A DNA stretch of 63,414 bases, counting the filler, from Reclinomonas americana ATCC 50394 (lineage: Eukaryota), in the NCBI GenBank assembly GCA_048213135.1. It is 15 parts of 15 records of this genome, joined end to end, with 100 filler letters (N's around TTAATTAATTAA, not from the genome) between each part and the next. Parts side by side here need not be neighbours in the genome. Positions count along the whole stretch, not along the records: positions 1 to 9,057 come from AFZH01016820.1; positions 9,158 to 12,915 come from AFZH01016825.1; 13 more parts are not named here. One strand, 5' to 3'. A program made the position numbers and the translations under genes. This document shows, piece by piece, positions 1 through 12,234 of this stretch (positions are counted from its first letter, which is position 1; each line of letters begins with the position of its first letter). Under the pieces are notes generated by a model, which was not told the origin of the DNA, did no database searches, and was given only the letters and a program-made list of their open reading frames with translations.

Positions 1-6
1 GTCGTC

Positions 7-62
<56 letters not shown>

Positions 63-169
63 CTCCGTCTCTCCCTTCCCCCTACCTCCCTCCACTGTAT
101 CTCTCTTCTTCTCTCTTCTCCTCCCTCCCTCCCTCCCCTCCCTCTCTCTCTCTCTCTCTCTCTGTTTTT

Positions 170-1828
170 TCTCTCCGTCACGCAACAATCTCCCGTCAAG
201 ATCACCAAATCCTCCTGATCATCCTCCGTCAGTGAGTCTGCCTCGCGCCCAAACGGCTGGTGTTGCGGTATTGGCTTGGCGATCGTGTCCGGCAGTTCGT
301 GCACACTGGCGGAGAAGAGTGGAGCGAGGGCGGCGCTGATCTCGCCGGCGGGAGAGGAGGCCAGGGAGGGTGAAGAGGAGAGGGATTCGAGGTATTGCGA
401 TTGGACGAGGGTGGGGAGGGAGGGGGCGGATGATTCGGCGACCTCTGTGCGGGGGAAGAGGTGAGGGGTGGAAGGGAAAGGGAAAAGGTGGAGAGGATGG
501 CGGAACGGTGGAGGGGACAAGGGGAAAGGGTGGAAGGAAAGGGTGGAGGGAAAGGGGTTTAGAGAAAAGGGCGGAGAGGAATCAGGGAAGAGAAAGGCGG
601 GGAAATAAGGAGGGGCGAGGAAAGAGAGGGGGATGATAGAGAGGGGAGAGGAAAGAGAGGGCGAAAGCAGGGAAGGTGGAAGCGAAAATAGAAGCGAAAA
701 TAGAAAGGGACAGATCTGAGAGTGAGGGAGGGGGAGGATGGATGGAATATGAATAGTACAAGGGCAAGAGCAAAAGAGAAAAGGCGCAAGAATGGACGGA
801 GTCGCAGGGAAGGGCGCAAGAATGAACGGAGTGGCAGGGAAGGGCGCAACGGGACGGGTTGGCGGAAAACAACAAAACATAGAGATCGGAGAAGGGAAAA
901 ACGGAATGGGCACGATGAAGAAAACAAAAAATAGAGAGGAGCGAAGGAAAAATAAAGGATGACAGAGCGAGGGGGGAAGGCGCGCAAACCTGGTCGCTGA
1001 GTGACAGCTGGCAGTAGTGGATTCAATTGTGCCTGGGGAAAAGGGCAAAGGGTTTCAGGGCGTGGAGGAGCGAAGAGAGAAACCATTCCCCCCCGTTCCT
1101 TCTCTCACCACGCAATCATGAACTTCCTCCCGGTCTCTCTCCGCTCTGTGTCTCTCTGCTTTCCTTGCACCATGATGTCCTCCCACTCTCTCTTCACACT
1201 TTTTCTCTCTCCCAGTCGCTGCCCGTCCCTCCTCAGTTTTTCAATTCTCGCACACTTCCTCCATCTCTCCCTCCTTGCACTCTCACTCAACTTTGCTCTC
1301 CTTGCACCGCACTCTCTCTCCCTCCCGTCTCTCATCTGTTCTCGTTTCTCCCTATTGCACTTCCTCCCTCTGTCCCTCCTTGCACTCTCACTCAACTCTG
1401 CTTTCCTTGCATTGCATCCTCCACTCTCTCTTTCCCCACTCTCTTCTCTTCGCCTCTCTCTCTATCTCTCCCTGTCTCTCTCTCTCTCTCCTCTCCTCTC
1501 CCGCGTTGCACTCGCACCACAACATCCTCCCTCTCTCCTTCCCCAATCCCTCTCAAAATTCCTCCCCATACTGAGCATCCGTTCCTCTTTGCAAGGCGGA
1601 GTCAGTCTCACTCAATCCTCCTTTCTCGTCGATTAAGACGCACATCCAGTCTTCATACTGCCTCTACTCTCACTTCTCTCAATTCCCACTCTACTTCCCC
1701 TTTCCCAACCAATCTGTCTCTCCCTATCTCTATGTGCCTTCTGTTCTCGTTTCTCTCTCGCACTTCCTCCCCGTCCCTCCTCGCAGTCTCACTCAATTCT
1801 GCTCTCCTTCAACCATGGCATCCTCTCA

Positions 1829-1859
<31 letters not shown>

Positions 1860-2158
1860 TGTCCGTCCCTCCTCTGTTCTCGCTTTCTCTCCTCCCTCAC
1901 TCCCTTCTTGAATTCTCACTCAATCCTGCTCTCCTTGCAACATGGCATCCTCCACTCTCCCTCCCCACTCTCTCTCTCTCCCTCCCCTATCTTTGTCCAT
2001 CTCTCCTCTGCTCTCGTATTCTCTCTCTCTCACACACTTCCTCTTCCCCCGTTGCACTCAACTCTGCTTTCCATACACTCTCCCTCGCCACTCTCTTTTC
2101 TCTCCTTCTCTCCCAATCTCTCTCTCTGCTCTCGTTCTCTCCCAATCTCTCTCTGCTC

Positions 2159-2208
<50 letters not shown>

Positions 2209-2845
2209 CTTCCCCTCTCATTTCCCCCTTCCCCTTTCAGCCCCTTCCCTCCACCCCCTTCCCCCTTTACCTCCCCCCTTCCCACCCACCTTAATCCCCG
2301 CCGACGCCGTAAACGACGACCCCCTCGCCCTCCCCTGTCCATGCCCATGCCCCACCACCTGCATCGCCACTCCCCCTTGACCACCACCACTCTCCACCGC
2401 CACCACCTTGACCTCCCTCTCCCTCTCCCTCGTCGACTGGTGATCCATCAACACCACCGACGCCGGCACCTGCTCACTATGCAACGAATGCCCGCGCGAT
2501 CGCATCACAAAGAGCCGCGGTTGCGGGAGAGTCACATCCAGTCGATGTCGATGCTCTTCGTGCTCTTGCTCTTCCTCCTCGTGTGTGAGAGAGGAGGAGG
2601 CCAGTGAGGAGGAGTCGCCGGAGTGAGCATGAGCTGCTGCTGCTGCGTGTGCGTGGTGTGTGTGAGAGCGAGAGGTGGCGGAGGAGGAGGCGTGCGAGCG
2701 GGCTTGGTGGCGTGATTCGAGCCATGTGAGAACGAGACTGTGTGCGTGAGTGTGAGTGTGTGTGTGTGTGAGAGAGAGTGGGCGAGTGTGGGGAGAGAGA
2801 CCGTTCGCTGTCGGAGAGCGGGAAGCCGCGGCGTGTGGTGCTCAT
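170..2845 (-). CDS. Hypothetical low-complexity (Ser/His/Glu-rich) protein, spliced; 3' end uncertain
   Basis: Exons 2845-2802 (MSTTRRGFPLSDSER) and 2737-2290 (LVLTWLESRHQ...ASAGIK) join in phase across a GT-AG intron. A probable third exon at ~444-170 (VAESSAPSLPTLVQSQYLE...) follows a C-rich acceptor. No family recognised. Confidence 0.45.
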
Positions 2846-3209
2846 TGGCGTTTGTTGGTGGGACTTGTGTGGGACTTTGTGATGCTGTGAGGGCGGTGTG
2901 TGGTGTCATTGAGTGTGTGGTGAAGGGGGAAGCTGTGAGGAAGGGAGGGCTGTGGGGAAGGAGAAGAAGAAAAAGAAGAAGTGCGTGGAAGTCGTTTCTT
3001 CGGACGATTCAGCATGCTTTGAAGGATGACTGTGCAAGTAAAGTTGAACTGCGAGACTCTCGCAGTGATACCCACTCTCCCCTTTTCTCGGCTGGGTTGG
3101 GCTTTCACGGATCGACGTCGCTGTCACACAAGAAACCCCGCCAGGTTTGACAACTTGATTGACAGGAATTTCTTGTGAAACACGACAGAGAACAGAACAC
3201 ACGCACACA

Positions 3210-6200
3210 ATGTCGGTGTGTTTGTTTGTGTGCATTCTCACTCTTCCCTCCTCCTCTGTGTGTGCTCACTGTCCTTGTGTCAGTTCTCTGTGAATGTGAG
3301 TGCGGCGCATGATTCATCGCTGTCGGTGGTGGTGGAGGGCATGTCGGCCATGTCCACTCTCGCTGACTTGCTGCACGAGGCCACACGCTTGCTGCGTGGG
3401 AAGAGTGGGGATGAGCAGATGGAGATTGTAGGGGTGGAGAAGCCGGTGCCGTACAAGATGGCCAAGGCTGATGTTTTCGAGCTGGAAGACCTTGGCATCA
3501 ACTCATCAACACATCTTGTTGTCCGTCTGACACTTGGCGTGGCGCTGCAGTCGAGCGGAGGGAGTGGGAATGGAAGGTGTGTCTGGGATGTGTTTGTGAA
3601 TCATCCTCTGTGCAAAGCATGCAGCTCACTCTCCCGTCTCCGCACAGCAACTCGGAGCGAGTGACTCGGTTTGTTTTGCTTGCCTTCGTCCTTCTCTCTC
3701 CCCTGCTTGCTCTTTCTGTGATGCTGACAGCACTGAGTGCACAGCATGATCAACTCGCAGCGCATCACCATAGCCTTTGAGGTGGTGGAGGAGGCCGTCC
3801 GTCTGCGCTGTCAACGCGCGCTGGCGCAGTTCAGTCGCGATCATCCCGGCTTTGATGTGCGAGCGTGGGTGCCGAGCTTCACGCCTGCTGGCGTGCGTGC
3901 GGCGGCAGTGAAGGCGTGGCGCGAGCGACATGCTCCACTCCATACTGTTCGGGTTGCACTTTTCAAGGAGAAACAACCGGCGGCGTTGGCCTGGCGTGCT
4001 GCATTTGACGCCGACCCTTCGTCCGACCCTCCGTGTTCCGGACTCGACACGACGGCGCTGCATGCCATCATGCTGTATGGTGGCTTTGTTGAGGATGACG
4101 GTCGCAAGCTGCTGCTGGTTGACGATACTGATGAACGCAAGGCGGTGGAGGAGCTGAATGACGTGAGAAAGGCATTGGCGCACAAGGACCTTGTGCTGAC
4201 GGATGCCACTGTACAGCAGTACCTTGGCGACGGTGGTATCTACTTCTCCATCCTCTCTCGACTGCAGTTGACGGCTGACGAGCGAGCTCGATTCTCTGCT
4301 CGCATCTGTGAGGCGCGTCACGCTCGACACATTGTGGACACATTCGAGGAGCGACTGCACCGACTGGCTGTACGTGAGCTTTCGTTCTACCAACATGACG
4401 AAAGTGTGCGCAAGGACATGCAGATGTATGTGCCTCTGTTGTGCTCCCGTGAGCGTGACGTCTCCGCGAGTGACAAGATGACGGATCTTTTGACGGAGGT
4501 GGATGCATTCCTCTCCGACACCAACACCACCCAGCGTGTACTGGTGCTGTTTGGCAACAGTGGTGCCGGCAAGACCACCACCATGTCGGTGCTGGCTGAA
4601 CGTGCATGGCGACAGTGGCAGACGAGAGAGAGCAGGCGAGTGCCTGTGCGTGTGCCTCTTGGTGCTCTGCGCAATGCCGATGAGCGATTGTTGGAGGAGG
4701 CACTGGAGCGACTGTCACCCGAGTTGGGATTCAGTGAGTCGGATGTGCGACGGTTGAAGGAGGAACCACTGCTGTTGTTGCTTGACGGATATGACGAGTT
4801 GTACCGTGGTGTGAATCTGTTTGTGAAGAACCAGCTGGACGTGTGTCGCGATATGAAGGTGATTATCACTTGTCGTGGCGATTACGCACTGACGGCACTG
4901 GGCGGAGTGACACAGTATCGACGGTACTTTGCACCAGTGGATGCACGAGGGCAGTCGTGCTTGCAGCAACTGATGGAGCGACACATTGCGCCGTTCAATA
5001 AGGAACAGATTGAGGAGTACTTAGAGCGACTGGTGCAAGTTGGCGGTGATAATGGTGACGGTGAAGTGCGATGGTCCACTGCCGAGGAGTACATTCGTGC
5101 ATTGAAGAGTGTACACGGACTGGATGCGCTGGTGTCGAATCCATTCCTGCTGACAGTGGTGGCTCGTGTTTTGCCGCAGTTGGTTGCGAGTGGCGTGCAG
5201 CGACCGACTCGGTGTGATGTGTTCGACCGATTCATCCGACAGTGGATTGGGAGGGAGCAGGAGAGGCAGACGCGTCTTGGTGCGGAGCGTGTGCCGAGTG
5301 AGGAGACGTGTCTCTCATTTTGTGAGGGACTGGCACGGTTGATGCATGAGAGGAATGTGGTGCGCGTGTCTGTGACGGAGAGTCGGTCAGGCAATGGTGC
5401 GGAGGAGGAGGATGACTTTGGCGGCGCTCCACGCGCCTTGCGACGAGTGGAAGAGGGACCGTTCGACAAGTTCCTGGGCGAGAAGAACCAGCATGTGCGA
5501 GCGTGCTGTCCGATTGTGCGACGGTTCGGGACGACGCAGTGGGGATTCGTGCACCTGTCGTTGCTGGAGCACTGTGTGGCACGGCATGTGTTTGCGTGGG
5601 AGACGTGGGATGAGGAGAGGAGGTTGACGGTGCAAGATGTGCAGCAGCATGTGTTGGCAGTGCGACTGCTGAATGATCGACCATCACTGGTGGAGCAAAT
5701 GGCCGAGGTGGTGCGACGATCACCTGCGTTGCAAGCGAGACTGTGGGAGATGATTGAGTTGTCACGCGAAGTGGATGAGGAGCGAGTGGTGACGGCAGCC
5801 GCGAATGCAGCGACGGTGTTGTGTGTGGCGCAAGTGTCGTTTAGTGGGCGAGATCTGTCGGGTGTGCGAGTGAGGTGTGCGGATTTGAGAGATGCGGTGA
5901 TGCACAGGACGGTGTGGAGGGGGGCGGATTTGCGAGGGGTGAATGTGTGCATGGCGTATGCGAGGGAGGCGGATTTCAGAGGGGCGGATGTGACGGGTGT
6001 GAAGTGGCCGAGGAAGCCGATGTTGGGGCACACTGATTGGGTTAACTCCGTTGCCGTTACTCCCGATGGCCAGTTTATTGTGAGTGGCAGTGCGGACATG
6101 ACTGTACGGGTGTGGTCTGTGACCAGTGGCGAGGAGGTGCGTCGACTGGAAGGCCACACGAATTGGGTGTGTGCAGTGGCAGTGACGCACGATGGCCAGC

Positions 6201-7960
6201 ACGTTGTGAGTGGCAGTGGAGACAAGACTGTACGAGTGTGGTCACTGGCGACTGGCGAAGAGGTGCGACGGTTTACGGGGCACAGCAGTCAGGTGAACTC
6301 TGTCGTTGTTACTCCCGATGGACGGTTTGCTGTTAGTGGCAGCTGGGATAAGACAGTGCGCGTATGGGCATTGGTCACTGGAGAGGAAGTGCAGCGGTTG
6401 GAAGGACATACTGATGCAGTGATGTCAGTTACTATTACTCCCGATGGCCACCACATTGTGAGTGGCAGTAGGGACAAGACTGTACGGGTGTGGTCGCTAG
6501 CAAGTGGCGAGGAAGTGCGACGGTTTCAAGGGCATTCTAGATGCGTGAATTCGGTTGCCATCACTCATGATGGACAGCAAATTGTGAGCGGGAGCGACGA
6601 CGAGACGGTGCGGTTGTGGTCACTTTCGGGTGGAGAGGAAGTCCGACAGATGAATGGTTATCTGAGAGAAGTGCATACTGTTGCTGTTACTCCCGATGGT
6701 CGCCACATTGTGAGCGGGAGTCATGACAAGGTGGTGCGACTGTGGTCTGTGGCAAGTGGGGAGGAAATTTGCCGATTCGAAGGTCATACTCAAGAGGTGC
6801 TGTCTGTCGCCGTCACCCCCGATGGTAAGCACATTGTGAGCGGGAGCCGTGACAAGGTGGTGAGAGAATGGTATTTGGCAACTGGCGAGGAGACGCGACG
6901 ATTCGAGGGGCACACTCGAGAGGTGTTGTCTATCACGATCTCCCACGACGGTCTGCACGCAGTAAGTGGGAGCAGAGACAAAATTGTGCGAGTGTGGTCG
7001 GTGACGAGTGGTGAGGAATTGCGGCGATTGGAGGGACACAGGGGTGAAGTGCACTATGTCGCCATTACTTCCGATGGTCAGCACATTGTTAGCGGGAGCA
7101 GAGATATGACAGTGCGAGTGTGGTCGATGGACAGTGGGCTTGAGATTATGCGATTTGTAAGACACACTGATGGCCTAGATTCCTTCGCGATCTCTCTCGA
7201 TGGTCGACAAATGGTGAGCGCTTACGTGGACAGCACGGTGCGAATGTGGTCGCTGACGAGTGGCGAGGAGTTGCGACGGTTTGAGGGGCATTCCGAGCAG
7301 GTATCATGTGTTGCCATCACTCCCGACTGTCAGCGTGTTGCGAGTGCAAGCGCCGATGGGACGGTTCGAGTGTGGTCTGTGAATAGTGGAGAAGAGGTGC
7401 GACGGTTTGAGGGACACACGCATTATTTGCAATGTGTCGCCTTTACCCCCGATGGTCAGTACATAGTGTGCGGGAATGAGGACTTCACTGTGAGAGTGTG
7501 GTCTCTGGCGACCGGTGAGGAAGTGCGACGGTTGACTGGACACAATGGTTACATTATTTGTGTGTTTGTCACTTCCGACGGTCAGCACATTGTGAGTGGC
7601 AGTTCGGACATGACTGTACGGGTGTGGTCACCGGCGAGTGGCGAGGAGGTGCGACGCTTGGAAGGACATACTGGTGAGGTCCTGTCTCTCGATGTCACGC
7701 TGGACCGTCAGCATGTTGTTTGTTGGACAAGAGACAAGTCAGTTCGAGTGTGGTCCCTGGCGAGTGGAGACGAGGTGTGGCGATTCCACGGTTTCATGGC
7801 TGGAATTTCTCGTGTTGTTGTTGTTGTAAGTGATATGTGCGCCCTTGCGTACGGCAAGTCGATATTTCTGTGGAAGTGGCACAGAGATCAGCAGGGGCAC
7901 CTGCTGGAGCGAATTTACGGCACATTCATTCCGGACTTTACAGGCGCTCTGTGTGAGTAA
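3210..7960 (+). CDS. NLR-like STAND protein copy A: ubiquitin-like - HEPN - NACHT - pentapeptide repeats - 14x WD40 (~1511 aa)
   Basis: Model join(3210..3215,3284..3576,3648..3668,3745..7960); all introns GT-AG and in phase, and exons 1-3 are the same size as in copy B. Walker A GNSGAGKT (~4553), Walker B LLLLLDGYDE, NPFLL motif, wHTH-region GFVHLSLLEH, pentapeptide run FSGRDLSGVRV...ADFRGADVTGV, GH...WS WD repeats. HEPN-like DTTAL...VRKALAH (RxxxxH at 4166-4183). Confidence 0.9.
6026..7789 (+). repeat. 14 tandem 126-bp coding WD40 repeats (sensor of NLR copy A)
   Basis: 42-aa units of consensus GHTxxVxSVAVTPDGQHIVSGSxDxTVRVWSLASGEEVRRLE. Confidence 0.95.
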
Positions 7961-8348
7961 CAACAGACTTTCTTTGTGCGATAAGCAACCATAAAAAACT
8001 ATCTTATCAACATCCTACAAATGACACGAGTTGGTGTCTCGGTTCTGAAACGACACCTTGACTTTGGGCGGAGTAAACGACGAGTGAGAACGCAACGAGA
8101 ATACCGCGGTTTTCGTTTGCTGATGAGTTACAGAAGCAAATGAAGCCAGTTTGTCGAAAAGAGGAGTCTACGGCGAAAACATGATGACGCTGAAGACTAA
8201 GACGATGACGAAGACGCCGACGCCTTCTGACAACGTGCGTTTCCGTTGATGACGCATGGCATCAACGATGCAACGAAACTGAATCCACACAGTTTGCTCT
8301 GATTCTGCTGTTGCTTCGTTCGACCTCGACGCAACAAACAGAATTAAT

Positions 8349-9157
8349 CTACACTTCTTCGGGGAGCAACTGATCCTGCCGCGCTGCCTCCAGATCGGCC
8401 TCCAGCGCGGCTTCCAAATCGGCCTCGAATGGCTCGTCCATTTCAACCTCGGCGACACGACCAGCACCTGCACCTTGCGCGTCGACTTGCATGCCTTGTG
8501 CTGCACGAGTGTGCTCAATAGGAGACAAGAATGCAGGACAACTCGAAACTAGAGGCACACACCTTCCAATGCCGGCAACGCGCCAGCCGCCATCGCCTGT
8601 CGCAGCACCTCTGCCTTCCGTCTCAGATCATCCTCCGTCCACAACGAGTGCCCGAGTTGCTCAGCCTTAGAGAGAAGAGAAACGAAGTGAGTATCAAGCC
8701 TTCCAAACACAAATACACCACCCCACTATCTTACACATGAAGCAGGTCATGCGATGATTCTCGCCTTGTGTGTCTCTCTCGCCCACTTTCTCTCTTTTCT
8801 TGCCACGCCGTTCTCGCTCTCCCAATTCTCTCTCTCTCTCTCTCTGTCAATTCTCAGACTTCATCATCTTTCATCTCACAGAGAGCTAAACAGAATCAAG
8901 AGAGAGAGACACACAATCTTACGACAAACTTCAACTCGAGCGAACAATCACAGAAAAAGCAACATGTGCGTGCAACACAGCATATGACACGCACGGGGAG
9001 CAATCGACACACCACTCTGCACAATCTCCCTCTCTCTCTTCTCCCTCTCCTCTCCCTNNNNNNNNNNNNNNNNNNNNNNNNNNNNNNNNNNNNNNNNNNN
9101 NTTAATTAATTAANNNNNNNNNNNNNNNNNNNNNNNNNNNNNNNNNNNNNNNNNNNN

Positions 9158-9193
<36 letters not shown>

Positions 9194-11438
9194 CTAACTT
9201 TTCCCCTGACTCTCAATCCCTTTTCCTCTCATTTCTCTCTCTCGCTCTCCTCTTCTCGCCCCCCCCCCTTCCCCCTCTCGCGCACCTTGACATATTCCAC
9301 AAATCTTCGCATAAAACTGACAAAGTGATCGGCCTTGCGAATATTGCCGGGCACCGCCTGCTGCAGAATGTCGTCCGGCAGCACGGGATTCGCCATTAGC
9401 CGATCCGCTCGATTCACACCAGCCGACGCCAGTCCCTCGACCAGCCGTCTGTACTCGCGGTTGAGGCGATCGGCGTCCCGCTCGCGCATCCTGCAAGGGA
9501 GGGAGAGGGAAGGGGAGTGAGAGAGAGGGAGAGAAAGAGAGAGAAGAGAGAGAGGGAAGAGAGAGAGAGAGAAGAGAGAGAAGAAAAAGAAAGCGAGCGG
9601 AAGCACCGAGCTGCACCCTTGCCAAAGAGAAGACATCGATCGCAACTCTCGAATCTTCCGATCCAACCGCGTCAAACAGGCCACACTCGAGCGCAGCACC
9701 GAGTGATCCACATTGACACTCAGCGACTCGATGCACACATTGTCGATATTGTGCGCCTCGTCAAACACCACAATCGTGTCGCGCGGCAACTCGTGCGAGA
9801 CGAGACCGGAGATCTTCGGGTCCAGCAAGTAGGCGTAGTTGTAGACCACCACGTTGGCCACTTGGATCATGTGGCGGGCGAGAAAGTACGGGCACCAGCC
9901 GTGACCGCGGCCGAATTCGCGGATTTCGGCGAGGGTGTACACGCCTGCAATGATATGGGGAAGGGGGATGTGAGAGAAGGTGGATGAGGGGTGACAATGA
10001 GAGTGAGAGAGAGAGAGAGTGAAAGAGAGTGAAAGGCAGACAGGCACACACGCAGAAAAACAGGCACACTGACATAAACAGGGGGTTTTGGAGAGAGAAA
10101 GGAAGGATCGAGAGAGATCGCGTGCGAATTTGAGAGATAGCGAGGCACATACACAGACAAACAGGCAGACAGACAGACAAATACAAGGGAGAGAGAGAAA
10201 GGAGTTTGAGAGAGAGCGAGGGACCGCACAGGCAGACAAACAGACAGACAGCAGAGAGAGAAAGCCAGGATCGAGAGAGATCGCGTGCGAGACCGTTTGA
10301 GAGAGAAAGTGAGGCACAGACGCAAACACACAGACAGACAGACAGAAACATACAGCAAGAGAGAAAGGGGCTTCTCATTTGCAATTACTCTCTAAGTAAA
10401 TCAATCAAGAGTAGAAGCAGGGCATTTGCAAAGGAAACAGATCAAAGTGGCCGCAGAAGGATCGAGAGAGAGCAAGGTACAGACTAAAATACACACGAAC
10501 AGAGAGAGAAAGCCAGGATCGAGAAAGATCCCATGCAAGACCGTTTGAGAGAGAAAGAGACGCACAGACGCAAACACACAGACAGACAGACAGACAGACA
10601 GACACAGACAGCAAGAGAGAAAGAAAGGATTGAGAGAGATCGCGTACGTGTTAGAGAGAAAGAGGCACAGACACTGACAGACAGGCAAAATATATACACA
10701 GAAAGCGAGAGAGGAAAAGAAAGAAAGAAGGCGAGAGAGGAGAGAGAGAGAGATAGAGAGAGAGAGACAAAAGGAAAGAGAGAAACACCACCGCTCACAA
10801 TATGCAGTGAAGGCAACTGACAACACCAAAAGCTGTTGCCCGCCCCTTTCACTCTCCTCCCTGCTCTCCCTTCCCCCTCCCTCTCCCCCACCCTTTCCCT
10901 TTCTCTCTCCCACCCTTCTCCCCCACCCACCTTGCGGCAATATCGCCTCCTTCCCCGTCCTCTCAAACTCCTCATAGTAATTGCACAACCGCAACCCATG
11001 ATGCCCATCCTCAATATCATCCACCGCCATGGGCGCCATCTCCACATCCTCCTCACCATCCGCACCGCCGGGACGCACCACCCTCTGCACCGCTCCCACC
11101 CGCTCGCGCACCCACGACGCCGTCATCGAGCGGCACTTGGAGTCCACCAGCTGCCCGTCGCCCTCGGCGCTGACCTCGGGGTGGATGCACAGATTCTTGC
11201 GCGCCGATAGACCCACCGCCAAGAACGGCGCCGCCTGTATGCCCTCCTTGCGCATCTCCTCGGTGCGGTACGCCAGCAGGCGCTTCATCTCCTCCAGACA
11301 CTTTTCCATCTCCGGCACCGTGCGCGTGCAGTACACCAATTTGCCGCGCTCCGGGTGCACCGCCATGTACGAGGTGATGAGGGAGAGGAGGCTGATGGTT
11401 TTGCCGGTGCCCGAGGGCATTTCCAGGATGCAGTGGCC
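8349..11438 (-). CDS. ERCC2: TFIIH/NER Fe-S DNA helicase XPD (Rad3), partial; first exon(s) and helicase domain 2 not present (assembly gaps)
   Basis: Exons 11438-10931 (GHCILEMPSGTGKT...LSARKNLCIHPEV...DSKCRSMTASWVR), 9944-9647 (WCPYFLAR...YLLDPKI...VVFDEAHNIDNVCIE), 9490-9286 (NPVLPDDIL..AVPGNIRKADHF) and C-terminal exons 8665-8563 (EQLGHSLWTEDDL) and 8500-8349. Confidence 0.95.
9058..9157. other. Artificial scaffold spacer N44-TTAATTAATTAA-N44 (first of 14)
   Basis: Identical 100-nt spacers at 9058, 12916, 14067, 18481, 21011, 23523, 25012, 32048, 34012, 35285, 37027, 38875, 49466 and 61431. The 12-mer places stops in all six frames. Confidence 0.98.
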
Positions 11439-12184
11439 CTGGAGAGGGGGAAGGAGGAGAAGGGTGAGGGAGGGGGAAGGGGGGAAAAGGGTAGGGGAGA
11501 GTAAGGGGGAAGGAGAGAAAAGGGGGGTGGGAGGGGGTGGTCTTCAAGACTTATGTGCTTGATTGCGAGTCGATGTGCTGTGGACTCTCTCTCTCTCGCG
11601 GAGAGTGAGAAGGAAGGGCAAGAGGGAACTCATGCACACAGAAACAGAGAGGGAGAAACGAAGACAACAGCAGTGTATTTCCGCGGAAAGGTGAGAGTGA
11701 AGGCAGGAGTGTCAGCAGGAGCTTGTCACACGCTCTCTCTCTCTCTCATTTGCCTCGCCTCGCGGAGTCAGCATCCGTCGTGCTCCGCTGTCATCTCTGT
11801 CGTTCTCTTGCTTCTGTGTATTCTTGCGCGTAACTATGACTCTGATCACAGGTAAACCGAACTCCACAGGAGTCTCTCTCCCTCTCTCTCTCTGTTTCGC
11901 GGAGAGTGAAAAGGAAGGACAAGAGGGAACTCAAGAACACGAACACGCACAAACATAGAGAGAAACGAAGACAACAGCCGCGGAAAGGTGAGACTGAAGA
12001 CAAGAGTAAGCAGGAGCTTGCCACACGCTCTCTCTCTCTCTCTCCCATATGCCTTGTGCCTGCATCCGACGTGCTCCGCTGTTGTCTCTCTCGTTGCTTC
12101 ATTTCTCTTTTGCTTTCTGTGTATTCTTGCGAGTGAACATCACTCTGATTGGGTGTGTGACGAGCTCCACAGGAGTCTCTTTCT

Positions 12185-12230
<46 letters not shown>

Positions 12231-12234
12231 ATCG

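Noticed and set aside
559..2280. Many 100-500-aa Leu/Ser/Pro/Phe- or Arg/Glu/Gly-rich ORFs here and at 14600-15600, 36200-37000 and 56000-57950
   Set aside because: Stop-poor translations of CT/GA microsatellite introns.
3551..3576. SSGG after the Ubl as a DUB-cleavable di-glycine
   Set aside because: It is not positioned right after the last strand and is not conserved in copy B (SSGA).
9102..9113. Recurrent palindrome TTAATTAATTAA as a biological repeat or recombination site
   Set aside because: It is always centred in 44+44 Ns and stops all six frames, so it is a synthetic linker. ORFs ending in XXX-LIN are artefacts.
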